From positions 1,312,001-1,376,000 of the forward strand of contig OZ242005.1 of assembly GCA_965204725.1 (NCBI GenBank): a stretch of 64,000 nucleotides of DNA. Reading direction: 5' to 3'. The stretch is from Candidatus Latescibacterota bacterium. Its GTDB lineage: Bacteria; Latescibacterota; UBA2968; UBA8231. The notes beneath the pieces were generated by a model. The model did not search any database. It was not told the DNA's origin and was given only the letters and a program-made list of their open reading frames with translations. Position numbers and translations under genes: made by a program. Below are positions 56,560 through 64,000 of the stretch, in pieces (position 1 is the first letter of the stretch; each line of letters starts with the position of its first letter).

Positions 56560-57714
56560 ATGCAAGACAACGTACTACAGTTCGTTGATGAGCAGCGCCT
56601 GATTGATACGGCCCAAGCGCTGATTGCAGTGCCCAGCCCGACGCTGGACGCCGGCGTAGCGGCGGATGCGTTGGCGTCCATACTGGCGGTTGAGGGGTTT
56701 GCCGTAGAGCGGCCCCCAGCCGATTGGCCGCAAGCACCGGCCGTGGTCGCTCGCCTCGACAGCGGGCACCCCGGGCGGGTATTGCAGTTCGACGGGCACT
56801 TGGACACGGTGCATCTGCCTTTTGTGCCGCCCAAAGTGGAGGATGGCCAGCTCTATGGGTCGGGGGCGTCCGATATGAAGGGAGGAATCGCCGCCTTCGT
56901 CGAGGCACTGCGGGCACTGCGGGATGCGGGCGGACCGACTAAGGGGGCGATCTTGATTACGGCCCATGACCACCACGAAGCGCCTTGGGGCGACCGCCGC
57001 CAGCTTTTGGCCTTGATTCGTGCCGGCTGGGTCGGCGACGGGGTCCTACTGCCGGAGTACTTGGGCGATACCTTGCCGGTCGCCGGGCGCGGCTTGGCCG
57101 TGTTTAGCGTGGCGATCGAGCGCGACGGCTCGCCCGTCCACGAGGTGCTACGGCCCGCCGGGCTGCCGGACGTAGTAGCGGCCGGCGCGGAGGTCGTTTT
57201 GCGGCTGAATGCGCTGAACGAGCCGCTGCGCGAGCAAACCGCGCCCTATGTTGGCAGCGACACGCTGTTTATCGGCCGGATCGAAGGCGGCCAGCTCTAC
57301 AATCAGGTGCCGGTCCAATGCCGCGTCGAAGGGACTCGCCGCTGGGTGACGGCTGGAGCGGCCCCGACCGCACGCCGTGCGATCGAAGCCCTGCTCGCCG
57401 ACATAGCCGCGGCCAGCGGCACTCGCATCCGGCTCGCCGACTGGAACGTGCCCGGCGACGCCTTTGCGCTCGCTCCGAACAGCCCGTTGGTGAGCGCGTT
57501 CCAATCCGCGCACGAGCAGGTGACGGGAAAGCCGCTGCCCTTGGGCGGCAAGCCCTTTATCGACGACGGCAATGTCTTTATGGCGGCCGGGATTGAGGCC
57601 CTAACTCATGGCCCTTGCGCCGTGGGGGCGCACACGACCGACGAGCAGGTGGCGGTGGCCGAATTGGTGCGGGTGGCCAAGGTGTATGCGCTGACGGCGC
57701 AGGCGTTTTGCTAA
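56560..57714 (+). CDS. M20/M25/M40 family metallo-hydrolase
   Basis: DGHLDTV, GSGASDMKGG, HDHHE, AHTTDE. Confidence 0.85.
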   Translation: MQDNVLQFVDEQRLIDTAQALIAVPSPTLDAGVAADALASILAVEGFAVERPPADWPQAPAVVARLDSGHPGRVLQFDGHLDTVHLPFVPPKVEDGQLYGSGASDMKGGIAAFVEALRALRDAGGPTKGAILITAHDHHEAPWGDRRQLLALIRAGWVGDGVLLPEYLGDTLPVAGRGLAVFSVAIERDGSPVHEVLRPAGLPDVVAAGAEVVLRLNALNEPLREQTAPYVGSDTLFIGRIEGGQLYNQVPVQCRVEGTRRWVTAGAAPTARRAIEALLADIAAASGTRIRLADWNVPGDAFALAPNSPLVSAFQSAHEQVTGKPLPLGGKPFIDDGNVFMAAGIEALTHGPCAVGAHTTDEQVAVAELVRVAKVYALTAQAFC

Positions 57715-58991
57715 GGGGCTTCAAGGGCGCGCGCCGCGGCCGTGCCTCGCTCCTCATCGACGAATAAGAGGCAGGCCCCGCCGGCGACGAAGAGGACGAC
57801 GATCGACAAAATGCCCACCCGCGGGCTGCCGGTCAGCACCCCAATCCAGCCTATGAGCACTGGGCCGATGACGGCGGCGAACTTGCCCAACATGTTGTAA
57901 AAGCCGAAAAACTCGGCCGCTCGGTCGCGGGGAATGAGCCTTGAATAGAGCGAGCGGCTCAGGGCTTGGACCCCGCCTTGGACGAGGCCGATGGCAATGG
58001 CCAAGGCGTAAAATTCCCACACCGCATCTAAAAAGTAGCCCCACACCGTCGCGGCGATATAGACGGCTAGGCCGATGAAAATCCCCTTGCGAGTGCCCAC
58101 TCGCCCGCCGAGCCAGCCAAAGGCAATGGCCGCGGGGAAGCCCACGAACTGGGTAATGCCCAAGGCGAGGAGCAAGTCGTCGGTGGCCAGGCCCAGCGAC
58201 AGGCCGTAGTCGATGGCCATGCGGATGATGGTATCGACGCCGTCGATGTACAGCCAATAGCCGATGAGAAAGATAAAGGTCGTGCGTAGCTGCCGAATGT
58301 CGCGGCCGGTCGAGATGAGCTGCCGGTAGCCCGCCAAGACCGCGCTCCAGCCGCGGCGACCGCGCTTGGGCGGGGATTCCTCGACCCACAAAAAGAGCGG
58401 CAGCGAAAAGCCAGCCCACCAGACGGCGACCAGCAAAAAGCTCACGCGCACGGCCGCGCTGGCATCGGCCAACCCAAAGGTCGTGGGGTGGAGGACCATC
58501 ACTACGTTGACCGCAAACAGCAAGCCGCCGCCCAGATAGCCGAGGCTGTATCCGAGCGCCGAGACCGAGTCCGATTTGTCGCGGCCGGCCACCTCCACGA
58601 GGAGCGCGTCGTAAAAGGTGTTGCCGCCGGAGAAGCCGATGGCGGCCAAGACATAGACCACCACCGCCAATTCCCACGCGCCTTCGGCGACCCAGTAGAG
58701 GCACCCCGTGGCGAGGACGCCCAAGAAGGCAAAGGCAAAGAGGAACTTGCGCCGGGTGCCGCCTTGGTCGGCAATAGCCCCCAAGAGGGGCGCCAGCAGC
58801 ACGACGATCAGACTGCTGAGCGAGTTGGCCAGCCCCAGTTGGAAGGTGCTCTCGGTGACGTCGCGGCCGGCGCTCCAGTAGGACTTAAAAAACACCGGGA
58901 AGAAGGCGGCTAGGACCGTGGTGGCAAAGGCCGAATTGGCCCAGTCGTACAAGGCCCAAGCGAGGATTGGTTTTTTGGCGTGGGTAGGCAT
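57711..58991 (-). CDS. MFS transporter (UMF1/ATG22-like)
   Basis: AWALYDWANSAF, GYSLGYLGG, GGVQALSRS, EFFGFYN. Confidence 0.9.
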   Translation of the reverse strand: MPTHAKKPILAWALYDWANSAFATTVLAAFFPVFFKSYWSAGRDVTESTFQLGLANSLSSLIVVLLAPLLGAIADQGGTRRKFLFAFAFLGVLATGCLYWVAEGAWELAVVVYVLAAIGFSGGNTFYDALLVEVAGRDKSDSVSALGYSLGYLGGGLLFAVNVVMVLHPTTFGLADASAAVRVSFLLVAVWWAGFSLPLFLWVEESPPKRGRRGWSAVLAGYRQLISTGRDIRQLRTTFIFLIGYWLYIDGVDTIIRMAIDYGLSLGLATDDLLLALGITQFVGFPAAIAFGWLGGRVGTRKGIFIGLAVYIAATVWGYFLDAVWEFYALAIAIGLVQGGVQALSRSLYSRLIPRDRAAEFFGFYNMLGKFAAVIGPVLIGWIGVLTGSPRVGILSIVVLFVAGGACLLFVDEERGTAAARALEAP

Positions 58992-59118
58992 GGAGTGTTC
59001 GGGGTAAGGGATGATATTAAGATAGTATAAGGCAAAAGGGAGCGGGTTGCCGCTGGGGTGCGCTTGCGATAGTCTCTGACCTGTTCGGCGACCCAATACA
59101 ACAAAGGACGATTTAGCT

Positions 59119-60138
59119 ATGAACGACAAATGGCTGCGTTTTGACGCGGCGACCAACCCTTATGGGCCGTCGCCCAAGGTCCGGGAGGCGCTGGCGGCCT
59201 TTGCTCGCACCGGCGACTTTAGCCGCTACGACGACGAAGAGCGCGCCGAGTCCTTGCGCCGGGATTTGGCCGCGCATTGGGGGCTGTCGCCCGACCATTT
59301 CATAGTGTACAACGGCTCTGGGGAGGCCGTAGTCTGGCTTTTTTTGGCGCGGTTGCTGCTCGAGCAGCAGCGTCTGCTCGTCCCGGCCCCGTCGTACGAG
59401 CGCTTTGTGGCGTTGGGGCAGCGGTGCGCGACCGAAGTGATCCCGGTGCCGCTGGACGAGGCGGACTTTGCGTTGGTCCCCGAGCGCGTTATCGAGGCGG
59501 GTCGGCGGTCGGGTGCGCGGGTGTTGCTGTTGAGCAGCCCCAACAACCCCACGGGCAACCTCCTGTGCGGCAACCGAGAGATGGCGCAGTTGCTCGCGGC
59601 GTTGCCCGACTGTCTGTGCATCGTCGATGAAGCCTATGCAGACTATGCCGGGCACAGCTATGTGCCCTGGGTGCGCGAGCGCGCAAACTTGGTGGTGCTG
59701 CGGACCTTTTCCAAAGCATACGGCTTGGCCGGTTTGCGTATTGGCTATGCCATTGGGCCTAAGCCCGTTATCGCCGCCTTGGGTCAGATGCAGGTTCCTT
59801 GGGCCGTCAATGCGCTGTCGCTGGCTGCGGCGCGGGCCGCGCTGGCCGACCAGTGCTATTTGCATGAGGTCGTCGCCCAGATCCGCCGCGATGGTCAGGT
59901 GTTCTACGAGGGGCTGAACGAGCGGCCGTGGTTGCGAGCCTATCCGAGCGCGGCGAACTTCTTTTGGGTGCGCTGCGAGGGGCTTGGCCCGGCGCGGCTG
60001 CAGGCGGGTTTGGAAAAGCGGCGGATCCGCGCTCGCTGGCGTCAGGACGCGCCCGGCTTCGTGCGGCTCACGTCGCTGCGCCCCCCAGACAACGACTATT
60101 TGCTGGCCGCGCTCGACGAGATCGGGCGGGCAGACTAA
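59119..60138 (+). CDS. PLP-dependent aminotransferase, HisC/CobD-like
   Basis: NPYGPSP, PNNPTG, VDEAY, RTFSKAYGLAGLRIGY; not in a his operon. Confidence 0.85.
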   Translation: MNDKWLRFDAATNPYGPSPKVREALAAFARTGDFSRYDDEERAESLRRDLAAHWGLSPDHFIVYNGSGEAVVWLFLARLLLEQQRLLVPAPSYERFVALGQRCATEVIPVPLDEADFALVPERVIEAGRRSGARVLLLSSPNNPTGNLLCGNREMAQLLAALPDCLCIVDEAYADYAGHSYVPWVRERANLVVLRTFSKAYGLAGLRIGYAIGPKPVIAALGQMQVPWAVNALSLAAARAALADQCYLHEVVAQIRRDGQVFYEGLNERPWLRAYPSAANFFWVRCEGLGPARLQAGLEKRRIRARWRQDAPGFVRLTSLRPPDNDYLLAALDEIGRAD

Positions 60139-60153
60139 CACGAGAGGAGCGTT

Positions 60154-61134
60154 ATGGAATACCGCAATTTAGGCAAGGCTGGCGTCAAGGTGTCCAAGGT
60201 GTGCTTGGGCACGGCGTTTCGCGGCGAGGAGGACGAGGCTACCTGCATCGAGGTGGTGCAGCGGGCCTTGGACTTGGGCTGCAATTTCATCGATACGGCC
60301 CTGTATGGGGCGGGACGATCCGAAGAGGTGGTCGGCAAGGCCATCAAGGGACGGCGCGAGGAAGTGGTGCTGACGACCAAGATTTTTGGCACCTTGGGCC
60401 AAAGCCCCAATCACGTGGGGCTGTCGCGGGTCAATCTGCTGCGGGGCATTGAGGCGTCGTTGCAGCGGCTCCAGACCGATTACGTCGATCTGTACTTGCT
60501 GCACTCCTTTGATCCAGTAACGCCGCTGGAGGAGACCTTGGGTGCGCTCGACGACATTGTGCGGCAGGGCAAGGCGCGCTACGTGGGGTGTTCTAACTTC
60601 CCGCCGTGGAAGATCGTCGAGGCCCTGTGGATTTCTCAGCGCGAGCGTTTGGCCTCCTTTGCCTGCATCCAGAATCAGTACAACTTGCTCAACCGCTCGG
60701 AGATGGAGCCTGAGCTGATGCCTATCTGCCGTCAGTTCGGTTTGGGCATTATGACCTACAGCCCGCTGGCCATTGGCCTGCTGTCCGGCCGCTTCCGCCG
60801 CGGGCAAACGCCGCCGCCGGGTACGCCGTGGAGTGCGGAAAAGCTGTGCGGCCTGAGCCCGGGCAAATACAACTTTGCCGCGGCCATGACCGAGCGGGTC
60901 GATACCATCGTCCAGACGCTGATCGATATCGGGGCGCGACACGGCAAGACCCCAGCGCAGGTGGCCATTGCTTGGATTTTGGACCACGACGAGATCAGTG
61001 CGCCCATTTTGGGGGCCGACGAACCGGCGCACGTGGAGGAGGTTTTCGCGGGCTTGGACTGGTCTTTGGCGCCGGAAGAGCGGGCTTTGTTGGACGAGGT
61101 CTCAGCGGTAAAAAGCCCGCAGAAGTACGCCTGA
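60154..61134 (+). CDS. Aldo/keto reductase
   Basis: FIDTALYG, SLQRLQTDYVDLY, GKARYVGCSN, YSPLA. Confidence 0.93.
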   Translation: MEYRNLGKAGVKVSKVCLGTAFRGEEDEATCIEVVQRALDLGCNFIDTALYGAGRSEEVVGKAIKGRREEVVLTTKIFGTLGQSPNHVGLSRVNLLRGIEASLQRLQTDYVDLYLLHSFDPVTPLEETLGALDDIVRQGKARYVGCSNFPPWKIVEALWISQRERLASFACIQNQYNLLNRSEMEPELMPICRQFGLGIMTYSPLAIGLLSGRFRRGQTPPPGTPWSAEKLCGLSPGKYNFAAAMTERVDTIVQTLIDIGARHGKTPAQVAIAWILDHDEISAPILGADEPAHVEEVFAGLDWSLAPEERALLDEVSAVKSPQKYA

Positions 61135-61149
61135 CCTGAAGGAGGGGCC

Positions 61150-62697
61150 ATGCCCAAACGCAGATTGCCAATCGGCATTCAGACCTTCCGCAAAATTTGG
61201 CAAGAGAACTGCTACTACGTCGATAAGACCGCGTACATCCGGCGGCTGCTCGACGAGGGGACTCACTACTTTCTATCGCGCCCCCGCCGCTTTGGCAAGA
61301 GCCTGTTCCTCGACACGCTCAAGGAGTTGTTCGAGGGCAACGAGCCGCTGTTTGCGGGGCTGTACATCCGCGATCGCTGGGATTGGTCGGCGCGCCATCC
61401 GGTCGTGCGTCTCAGCTTTGGCAGCGGCAATTTCAAGGAGCCCGGCTACGTGGAGACGAACCTGATGGCGCAACTGGACGCGGTCGCGCGCCGGGCTGGT
61501 ATCGCGTCGGATTACGCCACCGGGCCGGAGCGATTTGCCCACCTGCTGGAGACGCTGCACACCCGAACCGGGCAGGCAGTAGTCGTGCTGATCGACGAAT
61601 ACGACAAGCCGATTTTGGACGCGCTGGAGGTGCCGGAGATAGCCCGCGCCAATCGCGACTTTCTGCGCGGCCTGTACGCGGTCATCAAGGACTGCGACGC
61701 GCACGTCCGTTTCGCGTTCATCACCGGAGTGAGCAAGTTTTCCAAGGTCAGCCTGTTTTCCGGCCTCAACAACCTCACCGACATTACCCTTGAACCCGAG
61801 TACTCGGCCCTCTGCGGCTACACCGACGCCGATCTGGACGCGGTGTTCGCACCGGAACTTCCCGGCCTAGACCGGGATCAGATCCGCGACTGGTACAACG
61901 GCTACGCTTGGCTCGGTGCCGAGCGGGTGTACAACCCCTTCGACATCCTGCTGCTCTTTCGTCGCCGCCGCTTCGACGCCTACTGGTTTGAGACCGGTAC
62001 TCCCACGTTCTTGATCGAAACGCTGTTCAAACGCCGCGTCAGTTCCCTCGCGCTGAATCGGATGGAGGGCAGCAGCGAGTTGCTATCGACTTTTGACGTG
62101 GACGACATGGCGACCGAGGCCCTGCTGTTTCAGACGGGCTACCTCACGATAACGGCCGAAGAAAACCTCGGCGGCGAGCGGCTCTACCAGTTGGGCTATC
62201 CCAACCGGGAGGTGCGCCAGAGCCTAAACCGCAGCCTGCTGCGCTACTTGGTGAAGGACCCATCGCGGCAGATGGCCAACAGCGTCCGGCTCTACCGACT
62301 GCTGGAGGCCAACGACTTCGCCGGGCTGGAGACGCTCTTCCACGCCTTCTTCGCCAGCATTCCCTACGAGTGGTATAACAACAACGACATCGCCCAGTAC
62401 GAGGGCTATTACGCCAGCGTGTTCTACTCCTATTTCGCCGGGCTGGGGCTGGACATTGCCGTGGAGGACAGCAGCAGCCATGGCCGGCTGGATATGGCGG
62501 TTTTGTTTAACGGCTGCGTCTATTTGTTCGAGTTCAAGGTCGTTGAGTTGGCGTCTGCGGGCGCGGCCATGGCGCAGTTGCAGCAGCGGCGGTACGCAGA
62601 CAAGTATCGCGCCTTGGGCCAGCCGATGTACCTGATCGCTGTCGAGTTCAGCAAGGACGCCCGCAACCTCGCGGCGTTTGACGTGGAGCGCGCCTGA
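61150..62697 (+). CDS. AAA-ATPase-like protein with C-terminal PD-(D/E)XK nuclease domain
   Basis: LPIGIQTF, YVDKT, RPRRFGKSL, LIDEYDKP, TGVSKFS, GRLDM...FEFK. Confidence 0.92.
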   Translation: MPKRRLPIGIQTFRKIWQENCYYVDKTAYIRRLLDEGTHYFLSRPRRFGKSLFLDTLKELFEGNEPLFAGLYIRDRWDWSARHPVVRLSFGSGNFKEPGYVETNLMAQLDAVARRAGIASDYATGPERFAHLLETLHTRTGQAVVVLIDEYDKPILDALEVPEIARANRDFLRGLYAVIKDCDAHVRFAFITGVSKFSKVSLFSGLNNLTDITLEPEYSALCGYTDADLDAVFAPELPGLDRDQIRDWYNGYAWLGAERVYNPFDILLLFRRRRFDAYWFETGTPTFLIETLFKRRVSSLALNRMEGSSELLSTFDVDDMATEALLFQTGYLTITAEENLGGERLYQLGYPNREVRQSLNRSLLRYLVKDPSRQMANSVRLYRLLEANDFAGLETLFHAFFASIPYEWYNNNDIAQYEGYYASVFYSYFAGLGLDIAVEDSSSHGRLDMAVLFNGCVYLFEFKVVELASAGAAMAQLQQRRYADKYRALGQPMYLIAVEFSKDARNLAAFDVERA

Positions 62698-62698
62698 T

Positions 62699-62800
62699 AT
62701 GCTGGACGAACTCCGCAAAATTCGCTATGCCCGCTTCCGCTTGGAGATGACGGCGGTTGATAGGTTGCGGTTGCCTCCCTTTAGGGCTGGGACGCTACGA
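62699..62800 (+). pseudogene. cas6: 5' stub of a Cas6 (RAMP) endoribonuclease gene
   Basis: MLDELRKIRYARFRLEMTAVDRLRLPPFRAGTLR resembles the Cas6 N-terminus (..LPxY/FxGSTLRG); similarity stops and AT content rises at ~62800. Confidence 0.6.
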
Positions 62801-63306
62801 GATTTTGCGATACAGTCCGTTAAAACTGTGTCGGCGAAATCGAAATCGTGCTCTACTCGACCGCTGTGAGACCAAACGCCAGACTCTGCTGGCTACGCTC
62901 GTCCTTTTTGAAGCAGAGTCGGTACGCAATGGGAATTTGCTCTCTGCTGTTAGAATCGGCTTCCGAAAGCTGAGCGAGCAGTTGTTGGGTTTGCCGCATT
63001 TTACTTTTGTGCCCCAAGTCTTTCTGTGTGACGCAAGGATAGCACACAAAATCGTAAAGGCGGAGTGCGATGCAATACGGGTAGAACAGTTGCAGAAGAT
63101 GCCCTTAGAGCTGGATTGCACGTTGCCGAGGCCGATGCGGCTTCCGATATTGGGGCGGCCCTAGTAGACATCGACAAAATTTCAGAATCGCCTCTACTTG
63201 AGCGAACACCCATTCTATGACCTATGGATAAATTTTGTGAACGCTGTTTGGTACGAGCCTGAAGCGGCACTGGAGCGCGGCTCATTCGTCTAGAGTGAAC
63301 GCTTTG

Positions 63307-63343
63307 ATTTGAAGTGTTGACCCGCTTTGTAGGGGACTGAAAC
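63307..63343 (+). CRISPR. Single orphan CRISPR-like direct repeat (37 bp)
   Basis: ATTTGAAGTGTTGACCCGCTTTGTAGGGGACTGAAAC: CCC/GGG stem, 3' ACTGAAAC handle, preceded by ~500 bp AT-richer leader-like DNA; no second repeat found. Confidence 0.6.
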
Positions 63344-63402
63344 CTCGGTTGTTTCCATCGGCTGATGAGAAACGCACTACTTCACAAGTAAAGGAGAATA
63401 TT

Positions 63403-63723
63403 ATGTTGATTTTGACGACGCCCTCAATTGAAGGGGCAACGATCACCGACTATCACGGCATTGTGAGTGGGGAAGCCATTTTGGGTGCCAACATCTTCAA
63501 AGATCTCTTTGCGAGTGTGCGCGACATCGTGGGGGGACGGTCGGCTGCTTATGAGGAAGAACTCCGCAAAGCCAAAGACCTCGCCATTGAAGAGATGACC
63601 ACACAGGCGCGTCACATGGGCGCAAATGCCGTCGTTGGCGTGGACCTCGACTACGAAACCATTGGCGGGGGCAATATGCTCATGGTCAGTGCCAGCGGCA
63701 CGGCTGTCACTTATGCGGCTTGA
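63403..63723 (+). CDS. ybjQ: YbjQ family (UPF0145) protein
   Basis: [16 protein letters not shown]...[10 protein letters not shown]...[13 protein letters not shown]...VSASGTAV. Confidence 0.93.
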   Translation: MLILTTPSIEGATITDYHGIVSGEAILGANIFKDLFASVRDIVGGRSAAYEEELRKAKDLAIEEMTTQARHMGANAVVGVDLDYETIGGGNMLMVSASGTAVTYAA

Positions 63724-63766
63724 GCTTTACCGGATATTCGCGTCCGGTCTGTGAAAAGGAACGCCC

Positions 63767-64000
63767 ATGCGCCTCTGCGACTTTCCAATCCTGACCTTTG
63801 ACACCTACGGAACCCTAATCGACTGGGAGACGGGTATCTGGGACGCACTGCAACCGCTCTGCGTGCGTCTGGCTGCTCCGCCGACTCGCGAGGCGGCCCT
63901 CGCCGCATTCGCCGAGGCGGAATCGGCCTGTCAAGCGGCCACCCCCGACCTGCTCTACGCCGACCTCTTGGCGGCCACCCACCACACGCTGGCCCGGAAC
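63767..64000 (+). CDS. HAD-family hydrolase (haloacid dehalogenase type II-like), truncated by window end
   Basis: MRLCDFPILTFDTYGTLIDWETGIWDAL; not in the ORF track. Confidence 0.85.
   Translation, partial: MRLCDFPILTFDTYGTLIDWETGIWDALQPLCVRLAAPPTREAALAAFAEAESACQAATPDLLYADLLAATHHTLARN

Noticed and set aside
59119-60138. Gene symbol hisC
   Set aside because: The family is clear, but there is no his context and the N-terminal motif is divergent (DAATNP), so substrate specificity cannot be assigned.
62757-63285. Short ORFs on both strands, including possible cas2 or HNH remnants
   Set aside because: No recognisable motifs and atypical codon usage; better explained as non-coding leader-like DNA.
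63355-63375. ctgatga-gaaac resembling a hammerhead ribozyme core
   Set aside because: No stem II between CUGAUGA and GAAA; it folds as a simple hairpin.
63344-63402. Possible spacer plus degenerate second repeat
   Set aside because: The sequence ~35 nt after the repeat (acttcacaagtaaagg) shows no convincing identity to it.

Overview
GC-rich, gene-dense bacterial DNA. The gene content suggests a diderm heterotroph such as Ca. Latescibacterota or Poribacteria (inference only): sulfatases, sugar ABC parts, Gfo/Idh/MocA, PhyH, DUF3604, DUF6785, GHL10-like proteins, secreted proteins with FlgD-Ig/TPNGD C-terminal domains, and 'SWGxxK' tails. No rRNA, tRNA or intact transposase was seen. Main points: (1) a ~17 kb divergent envelope locus (19.9-36.8 kb) made almost entirely of exported proteins, a candidate uncharacterised surface assembly or glycan-capture system; (2) an ECF sigma / membrane anti-sigma / exported caspase-like protease operon (43.0-46.9 kb), where protease and anti-sigma share an R-x-K/R-G-G motif that may be the cleavage site; (3) a decayed CRISPR-Cas locus with a cas6 5' stub, a leader-like stretch and one 37-bp repeat (62.7-63.3 kb); (4) deletion scars, namely two toxin genes reduced to their last codons in front of intact antitoxins, and a DUF547 fragment; (5) nested MITE/REP-like miniature elements; (6) apparent window-wide CCWGG depletion with CTAGG/CCAAG excess. 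All family calls come from motif recognition by eye; no database search was run.
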